Shown here piece after piece: positions 29,196 through 39,391 of a stretch of DNA of 64,000 nt. The translations under genes and the position numbers were made by a program. Location of the stretch: contig OZ240241.1 in assembly GCA_965198115.1 (NCBI GenBank), positions 2,016,001 through 2,080,000 of the forward strand, read 5' to 3'. Every line of letters starts with the position of its first letter. Within the stretch, counting starts at the first letter, position 1. The notes under the pieces were generated by a model. That model saw only the letters and a list, made by a program, of their open reading frames with translations, was not told the DNA's origin and made no database searches. The DNA is from Candidatus Latescibacterota bacterium (GTDB lineage Bacteria; Latescibacterota; UBA2968).

Positions 29196-30947
29196 ATGGA
29201 TCCGACCGAAGCCCCAACATACGATGTCGTGATCGTCGGTGGAGGCGGCGCGGGGTTACGCGCCGCCATTGCCGTTTACGAGACCGATCCCAGCCTAACG
29301 ATTGCCGTCGTTTCCAAAGTCTATCCCATGCGCAGCCATACCGTCTCCGCCGAGGGAGGCGCTGCGGCCGTGATTAAACCAGACGACAGCCTGGAAGATC
29401 ATATCTACGACACGATCTCTGGCGCCGACTGGATATGCGACCAGGATGCTGTCGAAGCGTTCGTCAACGAAGCACCCCAGGAGATGCTTCAGCTGGAACA
29501 TTGGGGGTGCCCGTGGAGCCGCGAAGAAGACGGCTCAGTCGCCGTTCGTCCGTTCGGGGGCATGAAAATCCAGCGCACGTGGTTCGCGGCGGACAAGACC
29601 GGCTTCCACATGCTCCACACGCTGTTCCAGACGAGCCTCAAGTACGATCCCATCGAGCGCTTCGATGAATGGTTCGTCACACGCTTGCTCGTCGAGAACG
29701 GACGATGCCAGGGGGTCGTGGCCGTAGAGCTTACCACGGGACGGGTCCAGCCCATCTTGGCCAAATCGGTCATTCTAAGCACGGGCGGCTGTGGTAAGAT
29801 CTTTCCGTTCACGACGAACGCGAACATCAAGAACGGTGACGGTATGGCGCTGGCTTACAGAGCCGGTGTGCCGCTCAAGGACATGGAGTTCATCCAATAC
29901 CATCCGACGGGTCTACCGTTCACCGGAATCCTGATCACGGAGGCGTCACGATCGGAGGGCGGCATCCTCATCAACAAGGATGGGTATCGCTATTTGCAAG
30001 ATTATGATCTCGGCACCCCACAGCCCAAACCGGTCCTGCGCTCCATGGAATTGGGCCCGCGCGACCGTCTGTCCCAAGCTTTCGTGAAGGAGCAGGAGAA
30101 GGGACGCACGCTCGAAGGCGAATATGGCAACTATGTTCACCTAGACATTCGTCACCTTGGCGAGAAACTCATCGACGCCAAGCTGCCCTTCGTCAGGGAA
30201 TTGTGTTTGAAGTACGAAAACATCGACCCGGTCAAGGAAATGATCCCAGTCCGACCAGTCATTCATTATGTCATGGGCGGTGTCCACACCGACATCGACG
30301 CGGCCACCCCTCTCGGAGGTCTGTTCGCCGCTGGCGAAGTCGCCTGCGTCAGCATCAACGGCGCGAACCGCCTCGGGTCCAATTCCCTTACGGAGCTTCT
30401 CGTCTTCGGTGCTCGAGCCGGACGATCGGCTGCCGCATTCGCGAAGGAACACGACGGGTTCAGTGCCGGAATCGAAGCCCAGGTTCTGGAGGAAGAGCAC
30501 CGACTGAACGACCTGCTCAACTCCGAAGGCACGGAAAAGGTCGCCGACATCCGTGCGGCCATGCAGGAGACGATGGAGGAAGGAGCTGGAATCTACCGGG
30601 CGCAGGATACCCTCCAGCAGTCGGCCGACAAACTGAGAGAGCTGCAGGAGCGATACAGCAGGGTCCGAGTCGAAGACAGGAGCTTGACGTTCAACACCGA
30701 GCTGACGTCGATCCTCGAACTCGGATACATGCTCGACGTTGCAGAAACGGTCATCCTGTCGGCTCTGCAACGGACGGAGTCCCGCGGCTCTCATCAGCGA
30801 ACCGACCATCCCGATCGCGACGACGAAACCTTCCTCTCGCACAGTCTTGCCTACCGCGAGCCCGACGGTTCCCCCCGCGTCGAATACCTCCCGGTCATCA
30901 TCACCAAGTGGCCCCCGGGAGAACGGGTCTACGGTCGCAAAGAATAG
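29196..30947 (+). CDS. frdA: Fumarate reductase flavoprotein subunit
   Basis: [26 protein letters not shown] (covalent-FAD His), [15 protein letters not shown] and ESRGSHQR. Confidence 0.95.
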   Translation: MDPTEAPTYDVVIVGGGGAGLRAAIAVYETDPSLTIAVVSKVYPMRSHTVSAEGGAAAVIKPDDSLEDHIYDTISGADWICDQDAVEAFVNEAPQEMLQLEHWGCPWSREEDGSVAVRPFGGMKIQRTWFAADKTGFHMLHTLFQTSLKYDPIERFDEWFVTRLLVENGRCQGVVAVELTTGRVQPILAKSVILSTGGCGKIFPFTTNANIKNGDGMALAYRAGVPLKDMEFIQYHPTGLPFTGILITEASRSEGGILINKDGYRYLQDYDLGTPQPKPVLRSMELGPRDRLSQAFVKEQEKGRTLEGEYGNYVHLDIRHLGEKLIDAKLPFVRELCLKYENIDPVKEMIPVRPVIHYVMGGVHTDIDAATPLGGLFAAGEVACVSINGANRLGSNSLTELLVFGARAGRSAAAFAKEHDGFSAGIEAQVLEEEHRLNDLLNSEGTEKVADIRAAMQETMEEGAGIYRAQDTLQQSADKLRELQERYSRVRVEDRSLTFNTELTSILELGYMLDVAETVILSALQRTESRGSHQRTDHPDRDDETFLSHSLAYREPDGSPRVEYLPVIITKWPPGERVYGRKE

Positions 30948-30971
30948 CGTTCCACGAAAACCGGAGAAATC

Positions 30972-31715
30972 ATGGCATCAACCATCACCGTGGAAGTTTC
31001 CCGCTACCGGCCCGAAGAGGAAGCGGAGCCCATCTTTCAATCCTACGAAGTCCCGCTCAGGTCGGACTGGGTCATTCTGGATGGCCTGAACTACATCAAG
31101 AACGAGCTCGATGGCAGTCTTTCATTCCGCTGGTCGTGCCGTATGGGCGTTTGCGGCAGTTGTGGCATGATGGTCAACGGCGAACCCGTCCTGACGTGTG
31201 CGGCTTTCTTGGAAGCGTTTGCGCCAGGACCGATCCGCGTAGAACCTCTCCAGCACTTCCCCGTCGTTCGCGATCTCGTTACGGACCTTGAAGACTTCAT
31301 GGGGAAACTCACGAGCGTCAAGCCTTGGGTCGTCCGTGAGGAGGAACAACCGATCGAAGAGGGGGAATACAAGCAGACGCCCGAGCAGCTGGCTGACTTC
31401 AAGCGTTACAGTATGTGCATCAACTGCATGCTCTGCTATGCCGCCTGCCCCGTCTATGGCCTCGAACCCGAGTTCACGGGGCCAGCCGTGATCGCGCTTG
31501 CCCAGCGCTACAATCTCGACAACCGCGACGAAGGCAACGACGATCGGATGGTCATTCTGTCGCACGACGAGGGGATCTGGTCTTGCACGTTGGTCGGCGA
31601 ATGTTCGGAAGTCTGTCCAAAAGACGTCGACCCTGCCGGCGCCATACAGCGCTACAAACTCGCGGGGGCCGCGAGTTGGTGGAAGTCCCTGCTGCTCCCC
31701 TGGCAGAATCGTTAG
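30972..31715 (+). CDS. frdB: Fumarate reductase iron-sulfur subunit
   Basis: [24 protein letters not shown] and [13 protein letters not shown] motifs. Confidence 0.95.
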   Translation: MASTITVEVSRYRPEEEAEPIFQSYEVPLRSDWVILDGLNYIKNELDGSLSFRWSCRMGVCGSCGMMVNGEPVLTCAAFLEAFAPGPIRVEPLQHFPVVRDLVTDLEDFMGKLTSVKPWVVREEEQPIEEGEYKQTPEQLADFKRYSMCINCMLCYAACPVYGLEPEFTGPAVIALAQRYNLDNRDEGNDDRMVILSHDEGIWSCTLVGECSEVCPKDVDPAGAIQRYKLAGAASWWKSLLLPWQNR

Positions 31716-31725
31716 GAAGCTGCCC

Positions 31726-32142
31726 ATGAAGCCGAGCGGTCACTACACTCCGCACCACCCAAAGTGGTTCCGTGTCAGAAAACCCATTTTCTGGTGGACC
31801 AGGCGATTCGCGGACATCCGGTTCATCTTCCGCGAACTGACCAGCCTCGCGGTCGCCTATTCTGTCATCTTGCTCGTAGTCATCTACCGAGCGCTTCTCA
31901 CGAGTGCAGATGCCTACACGGACTTAATGACTACGCTCCAGCAACCGTTCTGGATCAGAGTCAACGTCCTTGCATTGGTCGCTATTCTCTACCACACGAT
32001 CACCTGGTTCAACCTCGCACCCAGAGCCATCGTCGTCCGTCTCGGGAAGTGGCGTATACCCGACCTCCTGATCGCTGGCGGCAACTATGCGGCGTGGGTA
32101 TTAGTTTCCGGGGTGATTTATCTTGCCTACGTGTCGGGGTAG
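31726..32142 (+). CDS. frdC: Fumarate reductase membrane anchor subunit C
   Basis: FWW...RFIFRELTS and LYHTITWFNLAPRA; three TMs. Confidence 0.9.
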   Translation: MKPSGHYTPHHPKWFRVRKPIFWWTRRFADIRFIFRELTSLAVAYSVILLVVIYRALLTSADAYTDLMTTLQQPFWIRVNVLALVAILYHTITWFNLAPRAIVVRLGKWRIPDLLIAGGNYAAWVLVSGVIYLAYVSG

Positions 32143-32151
32143 GAGGAAATC

Positions 32152-32499
32152 GTGGCCGTCAAGAAAAGCAACGATCCGTTCTTTTGGAGTCTATTCGGCG
32201 CCGGTGGCGCCCTCTCGGCGATGCTGATACCGGCCTTTTTGTTTCTTGTCGGAATAGCCACGCCGCTCGGATGGGTCGAAGGGCCCGCCTACGAATCCGT
32301 CAAGACGGTCTTGCTGCACCCCCTCGCCCGTTTGGTTACCTTTTTCCTCGTATCCTTATCACTGTTCCACTGGGCACACCGGTTTCGGTTCACGCTCTAC
32401 GACGGCTTACAGCTCAAACATCTTTTCCAATTGATCGCCGTCGTGTGCTACGGCGGCGCATTGGCGGGCAGCATCGTAACCGGCTACATTCTCTGGTAA
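32152..32499 (+). CDS. frdD: Fumarate reductase membrane anchor subunit D
   Basis: SNDPFFWSLFGAGG and LFHWAHRFR..LYD motifs. Confidence 0.92.
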   Translation: MAVKKSNDPFFWSLFGAGGALSAMLIPAFLFLVGIATPLGWVEGPAYESVKTVLLHPLARLVTFFLVSLSLFHWAHRFRFTLYDGLQLKHLFQLIAVVCYGGALAGSIVTGYILW

Positions 32500-32537
32500 A
32501 CCATGAACAAGTGGACATCTTTCCCGAGAGACGCGTC

Positions 32538-33035
32538 ATGCTCGAACTCAAGAAACTGCATCAGAACGCGATCCCCGCTGCGCTCGCCAAGGTCGAGCGA
32601 TATCGACTCCTCAATCAACCCCGGCTGGCCGAGAGTATCTGTCACGACATTCTGGCCATCGAGGAATCCAACCAGGAAGCGAACCGGCTTCTCATCCTCG
32701 TCATCACCGATCAGTTCGGACTGAACTCCGGCTCCCTTGCCAAACGCGCTCGTGAGATCGCAGAGCGGCTGGAAACGGAGTATGATCGCCACTACTATGC
32801 GGGCATCATCGCCGAGCGACTCGGCAAGGCCGCGCTCGACAGTCACACCCCGGGGAGCAATCACGACGCTTACGAATGGTTCCACGAAGCTATGGTGCTT
32901 TACGACCGCGCCGAAGATCTACATCCGGAAGCGAACGACGACGCCATCCTCCGGTGGAACACGTGCGCGCGTCAAATCGACAACAACAAGCTGACCGAGC
33001 GCCCCGTGGAGCGGTTTCACCCGATGCTCGAGTAA
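32538..33035 (+). CDS. Hypothetical TPR-like helical protein downstream of frdD
   Basis: ATG 32538; ERYRLLNQP..AESIC.DIL, YYAGII.ER and NDDAILRWNTCAR; helical-repeat pattern. Confidence 0.7.
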   Translation: MLELKKLHQNAIPAALAKVERYRLLNQPRLAESICHDILAIEESNQEANRLLILVITDQFGLNSGSLAKRAREIAERLETEYDRHYYAGIIAERLGKAALDSHTPGSNHDAYEWFHEAMVLYDRAEDLHPEANDDAILRWNTCARQIDNNKLTERPVERFHPMLE

Positions 33036-33116
33036 GGTCTTTGCTCGATCCCAGAAAACCAAATGCCCGGAGCGTTGCGCTTCGGGCATTGTCGCGACCT
33101 CTCCGATGTATCGATC

Positions 33117-34064
33117 CTACCCGTAGACCGTCTGTATCATGGCCCTCATGTAGCCGACAGCGTAGGCCCGGCCAACCCACGCCGCCCTCTCCTGTGGGAA
33201 CGACGGTGTGTGATCCATCATAAAAGGACCGTTGAACCCGGCGTCCTTGTAGGCCTGCATCGCCTTCTGCATGTCGGTCTGTCCCTCGTCGATGAACACT
33301 TCGCGAAATCTTTTGGGCGTCCCCTGGATGTCGCGGAAGTGCACGTAGCAGATCTTGCCACGTCCGCCGATGTCGGCGATTGCGTCGAACACGGCGACGC
33401 CCATCTCGTTCACGCACCCCTGGCAGAAGAGCATGGCGTTGCTGTCACTCTCGACCGCATCGAAGATGCGATGGTAATGCTCCAGCGTCGACACAATGCG
33501 CGCCGCGCCACCTAACGGCTCGGGGATCGGCGGGTCGTCCGGATGCAACGCCATAACCACCCCGGACGATTCTGCGACGGGCACGACCCGCTCCAGAAAG
33601 TAGATGAGGTTCTCCCACAGCCGCGCCTCCTCGATCGCCTTTTCCGGCACGTCGTGGGGCGTCTTCATGAACTCGTCGTAGTCGAAAGTGCTGTAGCGGA
33701 CCCCGCCGCGACCGATGTCCGACTTCGTCCTGAAATTCCCGATCGGTTTGAAGTTGTAGCCCAGGGTCGGAACACCCGCCTCACCCAGGTTCTGCAGCAA
33801 CGTGCACCACGCGTCGATCTTCTGGTCGCGGTCCTGCAGCGCGAGCGTAAGGGCGTCCCAACCGTAGGTCGCGACATTCTGCAAGACCAGCCCGTGAGAC
33901 TCTGCCTTCTCCCGGTATCGAAGCCAGTCCTGTAGACGGTCCTTCCCGTCCTGAAGGGCTTCTGGCGTCGGGTTGATCGTGAGGTAGTCGACACCGATCG
34001 CCTTCAGGTAACTCAACGTCTCGTCGTCGATCTGATGCCAGGGGAGCTGTTCCTGAATCGTCAT
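33117..34064 (-). CDS. uxuA: Mannonate dehydratase
   Basis: LGYNF, LWENLIYFLERVVPVAE, MALHPDDPP, VHFRD and MMDHTP motifs. Confidence 0.9.
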   Translation of the reverse strand: MTIQEQLPWHQIDDETLSYLKAIGVDYLTINPTPEALQDGKDRLQDWLRYREKAESHGLVLQNVATYGWDALTLALQDRDQKIDAWCTLLQNLGEAGVPTLGYNFKPIGNFRTKSDIGRGGVRYSTFDYDEFMKTPHDVPEKAIEEARLWENLIYFLERVVPVAESSGVVMALHPDDPPIPEPLGGAARIVSTLEHYHRIFDAVESDSNAMLFCQGCVNEMGVAVFDAIADIGGRGKICYVHFRDIQGTPKRFREVFIDEGQTDMQKAMQAYKDAGFNGPFMMDHTPSFPQERAAWVGRAYAVGYMRAMIQTVYG

Positions 34065-34144
34065 CGCGTTGTCTCCGTGCCGGGCGTGAACGACGCAAGA
34101 TCGGCGATTGTCGGACCCGAGGCCAGGGTATTCCCACCATCACT

Positions 34145-36075
34145 CTAACGGCGCCGTCGCCCCTTTTTCTTTCGGTCCTTGGCCATCACGAACAACTTCT
34201 CCGTGGGCGGATCGAACGCTTCGATTTCGTCGAGCGTCTCCGAAACCGCCTGCGGGATCCGAGCTGTGATCTCCGGATCGGGCTCGGATGCGTCGATCAG
34301 CCCCGCGATCTGATCGTGGATGATTCGCCGCAACCCATCCGGAATCCGACCCGCTTTGAACCGATCACAGAAGGCCTGCAACGCATCTTTCGTGAGGACG
34401 AGCGAAGGGCTCTGGCTGGCCAGGGCAACGACCACGTTTCGCAAAACTTCGTCCGAATTCCCTCTCCCACCTGCGGCACTCCGAAATGCCCTAAACGCAT
34501 CTTCCGGCAATGCGCGGAACAGGTGTAGTCGTGCGGCGAGATCTCGAAAGCGGTCCCAGTCGCCGGTCGGGTCGACCCCGACCGGTTCTCCATCTGCATT
34601 CGTGGATTGCCAGGTCCCCGGTTCTACATTCGCCCAGATGCGAGTGTCTTTGAGGCAATCCTGGAAGAAGGAGGCTTCCTTCCCCTGCGCGAGCTGCCCG
34701 CACTCCAACCGCATACGAGACAACCTTCGATGGGCGATTTCCCAACCCTCTTTTCGGATTGTCTCGAAATCACCTCCTCCGATGAGATCGACAGCCGCGT
34801 TGAGATCTCCGTCGGAAGCCGATTCGAGGCCGAGGTCGAGACAGACGATCACCTGATAGACCCCCCGCTCGATCTCCTCGCGTTCAATCGCCATACCCGA
34901 GCGATTCTTCGTGCCATAGGACATCGCGTGGATCCGCAAATAGGCTTGGAGGCCTTCCGCCGTGTGCTCGGGCAGCTTCCTGTACTCCACTCCGAGCGCG
35001 ACCGCCTGTCCGACGAAGCTCTCCTCGTCGATACGCAACCGCGTAAAATCGACCGATGCGAGTCCTGTCACTCCATCCGCCTCCAGAGGGAGATGTCGCC
35101 GTCGTCCCCTTCGTCGTCCTGATCTTCGGTGCTCGGCTCCTCGGCCTGCTCGACCTTTTTGACCCGCACGACTTCTTCGTCGCCCGCGGACCGCTCCCAG
35201 GCTCGTCGCATGACGAGACGCATGACGTCGGGCGCCGCATCGTAGAGCGCGTCGAGCACGTCGCCCAGACGACCATCCCCGACGAATCGGCTGGGTCGAA
35301 CGGCACCCGCCCCATCGCTCGAAAGAAACCGGAACACGGGGACGCCCCCCATGACCTTGTTGAGATCCTGGCGGCTGAGGCGATCCACCAGGGCGTCTTC
35401 GAGCAGTTCGGGGTCGGCGCCCCGCAGCAAAGCGGCGGCGTGATTGGGGTCGTCGATGCCAGCCACAGCCTCGAGCCACTGCCACGAAACACGACCCCTC
35501 ACCTTCTGGTCGTCGACGGGCGACAACGTCTCCTCCACGATCCGTCGAAAGGTCTGCGGTGTCATCGCTTTGATGAGCGACGTGTTGTAGACCCTCTCGT
35601 CCGGGCGAACGGCAACCATCGTCGCAATCGTCTCGGTGGGGAGGAGGGTGAGGACCTCGGTGCGGTAGGCCGGACGTCCGTCTTCTCCCGTGGCGGTGAG
35701 GGATAACATCTGCTCTGGGTCCTCGTCCAGGGTAACGAGGGCAGCCTGGGCGTCGTCGGACATCGCCTGCACGAGGCTTCGGGCATCGGCGTGCTTACCC
35801 GACACGACCAGGCTACGGACTTTAGACGTCGTATCCGCGACCTCCACCAGGTCGCTCGACCACGCACCCAGTCGCACGAGTCCCCTTTTGACGGAAACCT
35901 CGGGCGAAGATTCGCGAGGGCCCGCTCCGAACGCGTCGGGTTCGACCGTCAAAACCGGTCGGGTTTCTATTTTTCGCTGGCAAGACACGCACGTTGCCAC
36001 GCGTGGCAGAGCCGCGAGACGTGCCTGAGGGATCTCCACACCACACACATTGCATCGCCTGGTGTCTTGATTCAA
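34145..36075 (-). CDS. TraR/DksA C4 zinc finger fused to a large helical domain (~640 aa), frameshift at ~35088
   Basis: TTG 36075 with GGAGGA RBS; CNVCGVEIPQARLAALPRVATCVSCQ. Adding one C joins ORF 35068..36180 to 34145..35485. Confidence 0.65.
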
Positions 36076-36192
36076 AGTCAGTCCTCCACAAGCCCGTTGC
36101 TGGGAACGATCCATACAGAATCTATTCCAACCAGCCGCGAGAGTCAACCCTGATTTTTCGCATAAAATAAATAAAATCAATAACTTATATAT

Positions 36193-36221
36193 TTGACTTC
36201 GGATGCGAATGTCACTATATT
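36193..36221 (+). promoter_or_regulatory. Near-consensus sigma70 promoter overlapped by TGTCAC-N12-GTGACA inverted repeat
   Basis: TTGACT-N17-TATATT with an AT-rich upstream element; IR at 36210-36233. Confidence 0.65.
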
Positions 36222-36239
36222 AAGGGCGTGACAGAACAA

Positions 36240-36279
36240 GGGGCTGATGCCGAAACGCGGCGTCAGCCCCATTCGTTTG
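36240..36279 (+). terminator. Leader hairpin / attenuator-like element
   Basis: ggggctgatgccg-aaacg-cggcgtcagcccc followed by attcgtttg. Confidence 0.55.
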
Positions 36280-36413
36280 CCCCTCGGCGTTCGAGAGGAC
36301 GGCTTGACAGGACCTACCTAACATCTATCTTCCTCAGATGTTTACCGTGCTGCCACGCTCTCCTCGACCACTCCTCGGAGCCGATTCTCGACCGTCCGCC
36401 CCGGCGTCCCATC

Positions 36414-37115
36414 TTGAGTGAAACACCCGAAAGATATGCCCATCTGCTCCTGGTTGCGGACGAGGCACGGGGTGTTAGACTCAAATCCGACCTCGAGTTC
36501 ATCGGATACACGATCAGCCTGCTCGTGGTCGACGAAGCGGGTCGTCTTTCCGACGCCCGGGCGCCGGTCGAGGACACCCACGCGATCATCATCGACTTCG
36601 ACACCGACTGGACGACACTCTCCCAGATCGTCCAGGAGGTGCGGGTCAAATTCGGCCAGAAAACCAGACCCCTCCTGATTTTTACGGATGAACGGGTCGC
36701 CCTCGAACTGGACTTCTCAACCGGTGTGACCGACTTCATCGTTCGTCCCTATTCCCTCCGAGAAGTCGAAGCCCGGCTGCGTCTGGCGCTTTGGAACGAG
36801 GACCGGCCCGACGACGCCACGACCGTTAAGGTCGATAACCTCGTCATCAACACGACCCGCTACGAGGTACGTGTCGACGGTAACGCGGTCAACCTGACGC
36901 TGAAGGAATACGAACTCCTCCGACACCTTGTGACCCATCGGGGCCGGGTCTTTACCCGGGCAGACCTTTTAGACAACATCTGGGGATACGACTACTACGG
37001 CGGGATGCGCACGGTAGACGTGCACATTCGACGGCTTCGATCCAAGCTCGGATCGGTGGGGGGCCGAATCACGACGCTTCGTGGCGTGGGCTACCGCTTC
37101 GATCACCCGGGCTGA
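36414..37115 (+). CDS. OmpR-family winged-helix response regulator with atypical receiver (GlnR-like); start uncertain
   Basis: LTLKEYELL..L, RVFTR..LL..IWGYDYYGGMRTVDVHIRRLRSKLG; receiver Lys is replaced (DFIVRPY). Confidence 0.85.
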   Translation: MSETPERYAHLLLVADEARGVRLKSDLEFIGYTISLLVVDEAGRLSDARAPVEDTHAIIIDFDTDWTTLSQIVQEVRVKFGQKTRPLLIFTDERVALELDFSTGVTDFIVRPYSLREVEARLRLALWNEDRPDDATTVKVDNLVINTTRYEVRVDGNAVNLTLKEYELLRHLVTHRGRVFTRADLLDNIWGYDYYGGMRTVDVHIRRLRSKLGSVGGRITTLRGVGYRFDHPG

Positions 37116-37473
37116 TCAGGACCCACCACGCGCCGCACCGCGTTCAGCAGATCGGTGATCATCACCGGTTTCATCAACACTTCGGCGACACTGAACTCCT
37201 CGATTCTCGTGGCCACGACTTCTCCGGGAAGTGTCCTGTCATCACGACCACGGGTACCTCGCTACCGGCCTTCCTCAGCTCCTCCAGCACCTCGAACCCA
37301 TCCAGTCTGGGCATCTTCAGGTCAAGAATCACAAGGTCGAAGGTTCCTTCCAGGGCCGCTTCGAGTGTCTCCTGTCCATCTTTCGCCACGAGAACCTCGA
37401 AGCCGTTGCCCTCGAGCATTTGTGCGTAAAGCCGCCGGATCGAAGGTTCGTCGTCAGCGAGAAGCAGCCGCAT
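37103..37473 (-). CDS. Single-domain response regulator, frameshift at ~37222
   Basis: LLADDE and LVILDLKMPRLDG. Adding one G restores EEVV...VLMKPVMITDLLNAVRRV. Confidence 0.8.
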
Positions 37474-37969
37474 GCGGGACCATCGGATCAGGGGGTGGGG
37501 ACGCAGGTCGTAACACGCCAAATCGATCTTCGAGCACCTTTCGACGAAAGTCGAAGATCCGGTGTAGATTACGACCCACGACCGTGCTGTGAGCGACTCT
37601 CCCGAGCGGACCGAAGGGGAGGCCATAATTCACGATGTCGCGCATTTCGATTCCCCCCGGAACTTCGCCAAAGCGATGCTGGTGGTGCCAGAATTTATAG
37701 GGGCCGAATCGCTGCTCATCCACAAAGTACTGGGATTCTTTGACGTGCGTAATCTCCGTTACCCAGCTCAGTCTCAGTCCGAAGAACGGATGCAGTCGGT
37801 AGGTGATGATCATTCCCGGCCGTAGACGTTCCCCGCCTCCGTCGATCACTCGCAACCCCAGCATCGGTGGTGTGAGGTCGCCCAGGTTCAACGGATTGGA
37901 GAAAAACCGCCACGCCCGATCCACCGAAATGGGCAGACGCTGAACCCGATCGATCACGTAAAGTCGCAC
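37454..37969 (-). CDS. SRPBCC-family protein
   Basis: QRLP...AWRFFS.P.NL..LTP, FVDEQRFGPYKFWHHQH and IFDFR motifs. Confidence 0.9.
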   Translation of the reverse strand: MRLYVIDRVQRLPISVDRAWRFFSNPLNLGDLTPPMLGLRVIDGGGERLRPGMIITYRLHPFFGLRLSWVTEITHVKESQYFVDEQRFGPYKFWHHQHRFGEVPGGIEMRDIVNYGLPFGPLGRVAHSTVVGRNLHRIFDFRRKVLEDRFGVLRPASPPPDPMVPHAAASR

Positions 37970-37972
37970 GAC

Positions 37973-38959
37973 CTAGTGGGCGGCAGCGTAGTGCTGTCGG
38001 AGAACATCCTCGCCAAAATCGTTCACGAGATCGCGCCACACGGCGTGAATGTGGTTGGCTTCATTCTGGGTGCAGTCGTATTCAGCAAGAAACGTCGGCG
38101 CGAGTACACGGTAGTAGTGCCCTTCGCCCCGCGTCTCGGGCCCTGCCCACGCGAACCGGATGTCTCCATCATCGGTCGCTTCGACCCGCGCTTGCTCGTC
38201 GGTCGCGAGGGCGTCGGGCAACCGCCCCACGTAAACGTCGATCAGTTCGGCGAGCGTCGTCCGCTGCGTCTCGTTCATGTTGTCGGCCGAAAGCCCGTCG
38301 GGTTCCGAGTCGAGTTCCGACGTCACCTTGGGGACGTTCTTCGTCAGGAGGTCTGCCGGTGCTTCGGCATTCACGATCGCTGAAGCTTTCTGGTCCCCGT
38401 CGAGGGAGGCGAGCAGGTCGCGGGCGACATCCTCTTCTTCTTTGAGCGCCCGGACACCTTCGGTGCTGCCGTGAAGCACCTTTGCGGGGTTGGCACCCAG
38501 GAAAACGGGTGTCGGACCGATCAGCTCTCCGTCGACGATCGCGTAGTTCACCGAAACGTGATGCCCTTCGAAGCGCCACCCCCATCGATGCTCGTCTCCG
38601 GGCGTTCCAAAGATGCTTACGTAGTAGATCTCCGGGTCTCGTCGCCATTTTCCACCGGGTCCCTCCATCTCACCCAGGATCGGCTCCAGGTCGATGATGG
38701 TCCTGGCGCGATGCATTCCCGAGCCGCTCAGACCCGTTCCCAGAAGACGATGGGCAAGCTCCACCTGCCACCCGTCCATGTCTTTGAGCGTCAAACCCTT
38801 TCGTTCGACCGGTGTATAGTGCCAGTTTCGACGCTCCTCTTCGTCGTCGAAGTCGAGTGTCGCTCGCGCCTTCTGGTCGTCGCCCAGGGCCGCGAGAAAG
38901 TCGGTGGCGGCGTCGGACATCCGTCTGATGATGTCGCCGTGACGAAGATGGCTGCTCAT
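37973..38959 (-). CDS. DUF3500-domain protein
   Basis: WHYTP..RKGL, WGWRFEGHHVSVN, HYYRV and NHIHAVWRD..NDFG motifs. Confidence 0.9.
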   Translation of the reverse strand: MSSHLRHGDIIRRMSDAATDFLAALGDDQKARATLDFDDEEERRNWHYTPVERKGLTLKDMDGWQVELAHRLLGTGLSGSGMHRARTIIDLEPILGEMEGPGGKWRRDPEIYYVSIFGTPGDEHRWGWRFEGHHVSVNYAIVDGELIGPTPVFLGANPAKVLHGSTEGVRALKEEEDVARDLLASLDGDQKASAIVNAEAPADLLTKNVPKVTSELDSEPDGLSADNMNETQRTTLAELIDVYVGRLPDALATDEQARVEATDDGDIRFAWAGPETRGEGHYYRVLAPTFLAEYDCTQNEANHIHAVWRDLVNDFGEDVLRQHYAAAH

Positions 38960-39129
38960 AATGCCTCCTGTTCTGATCCGGTTGAGTCCCAAAAATACCA
39001 CGTGACGGGTCAGGGTCAAGGACGCCGCCCGTGCTTGCGCGGAGGACACTCGCCAGCGACATTCGTCCCAACCCCGAATCGCGGGTTGCACAAACCCCAA
39101 CCCAACCGACCTGAAAGGTCGTCAGACCC

Positions 39130-39390
39130 GTGGCCAAAGAAAAAGTCGACCGTCGCACGATCTCGATTCATTGCGCGCGCTGCAGGACACGTCTCTACAA
39201 GTATCGTAAGGGGGGGCGCGGTGGGCTCGTGAAGTGCATCGTCGATCGGATTTCGGAAGATCACACGGCGGGTGACCTGAAGTGTCCTAAATGCGGTCAA
39301 CAGTTCGCTCGCCCCTTGCCTCGGGGTGGCCAGCCCGCTCACAAGATCATTCAAGGGAAGGTCTACACCAAGGGCATGCCCCGAAAGTGA
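39130..39390 (+). CDS. Small basic zinc-ribbon hypothetical protein
   Basis: CARC..LYKYRKGGRGGLVKC and CPKCG. Confidence 0.7.
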   Translation: MAKEKVDRRTISIHCARCRTRLYKYRKGGRGGLVKCIVDRISEDHTAGDLKCPKCGQQFARPLPRGGQPAHKIIQGKVYTKGMPRK

Positions 39391-39391
39391 G

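Noticed and set aside
36231-36250. ANTAR-type dual-hairpin leader (AACAAGGGGCT)
   Set aside because: The hexaloop stem does not pair properly, and no second hairpin was found
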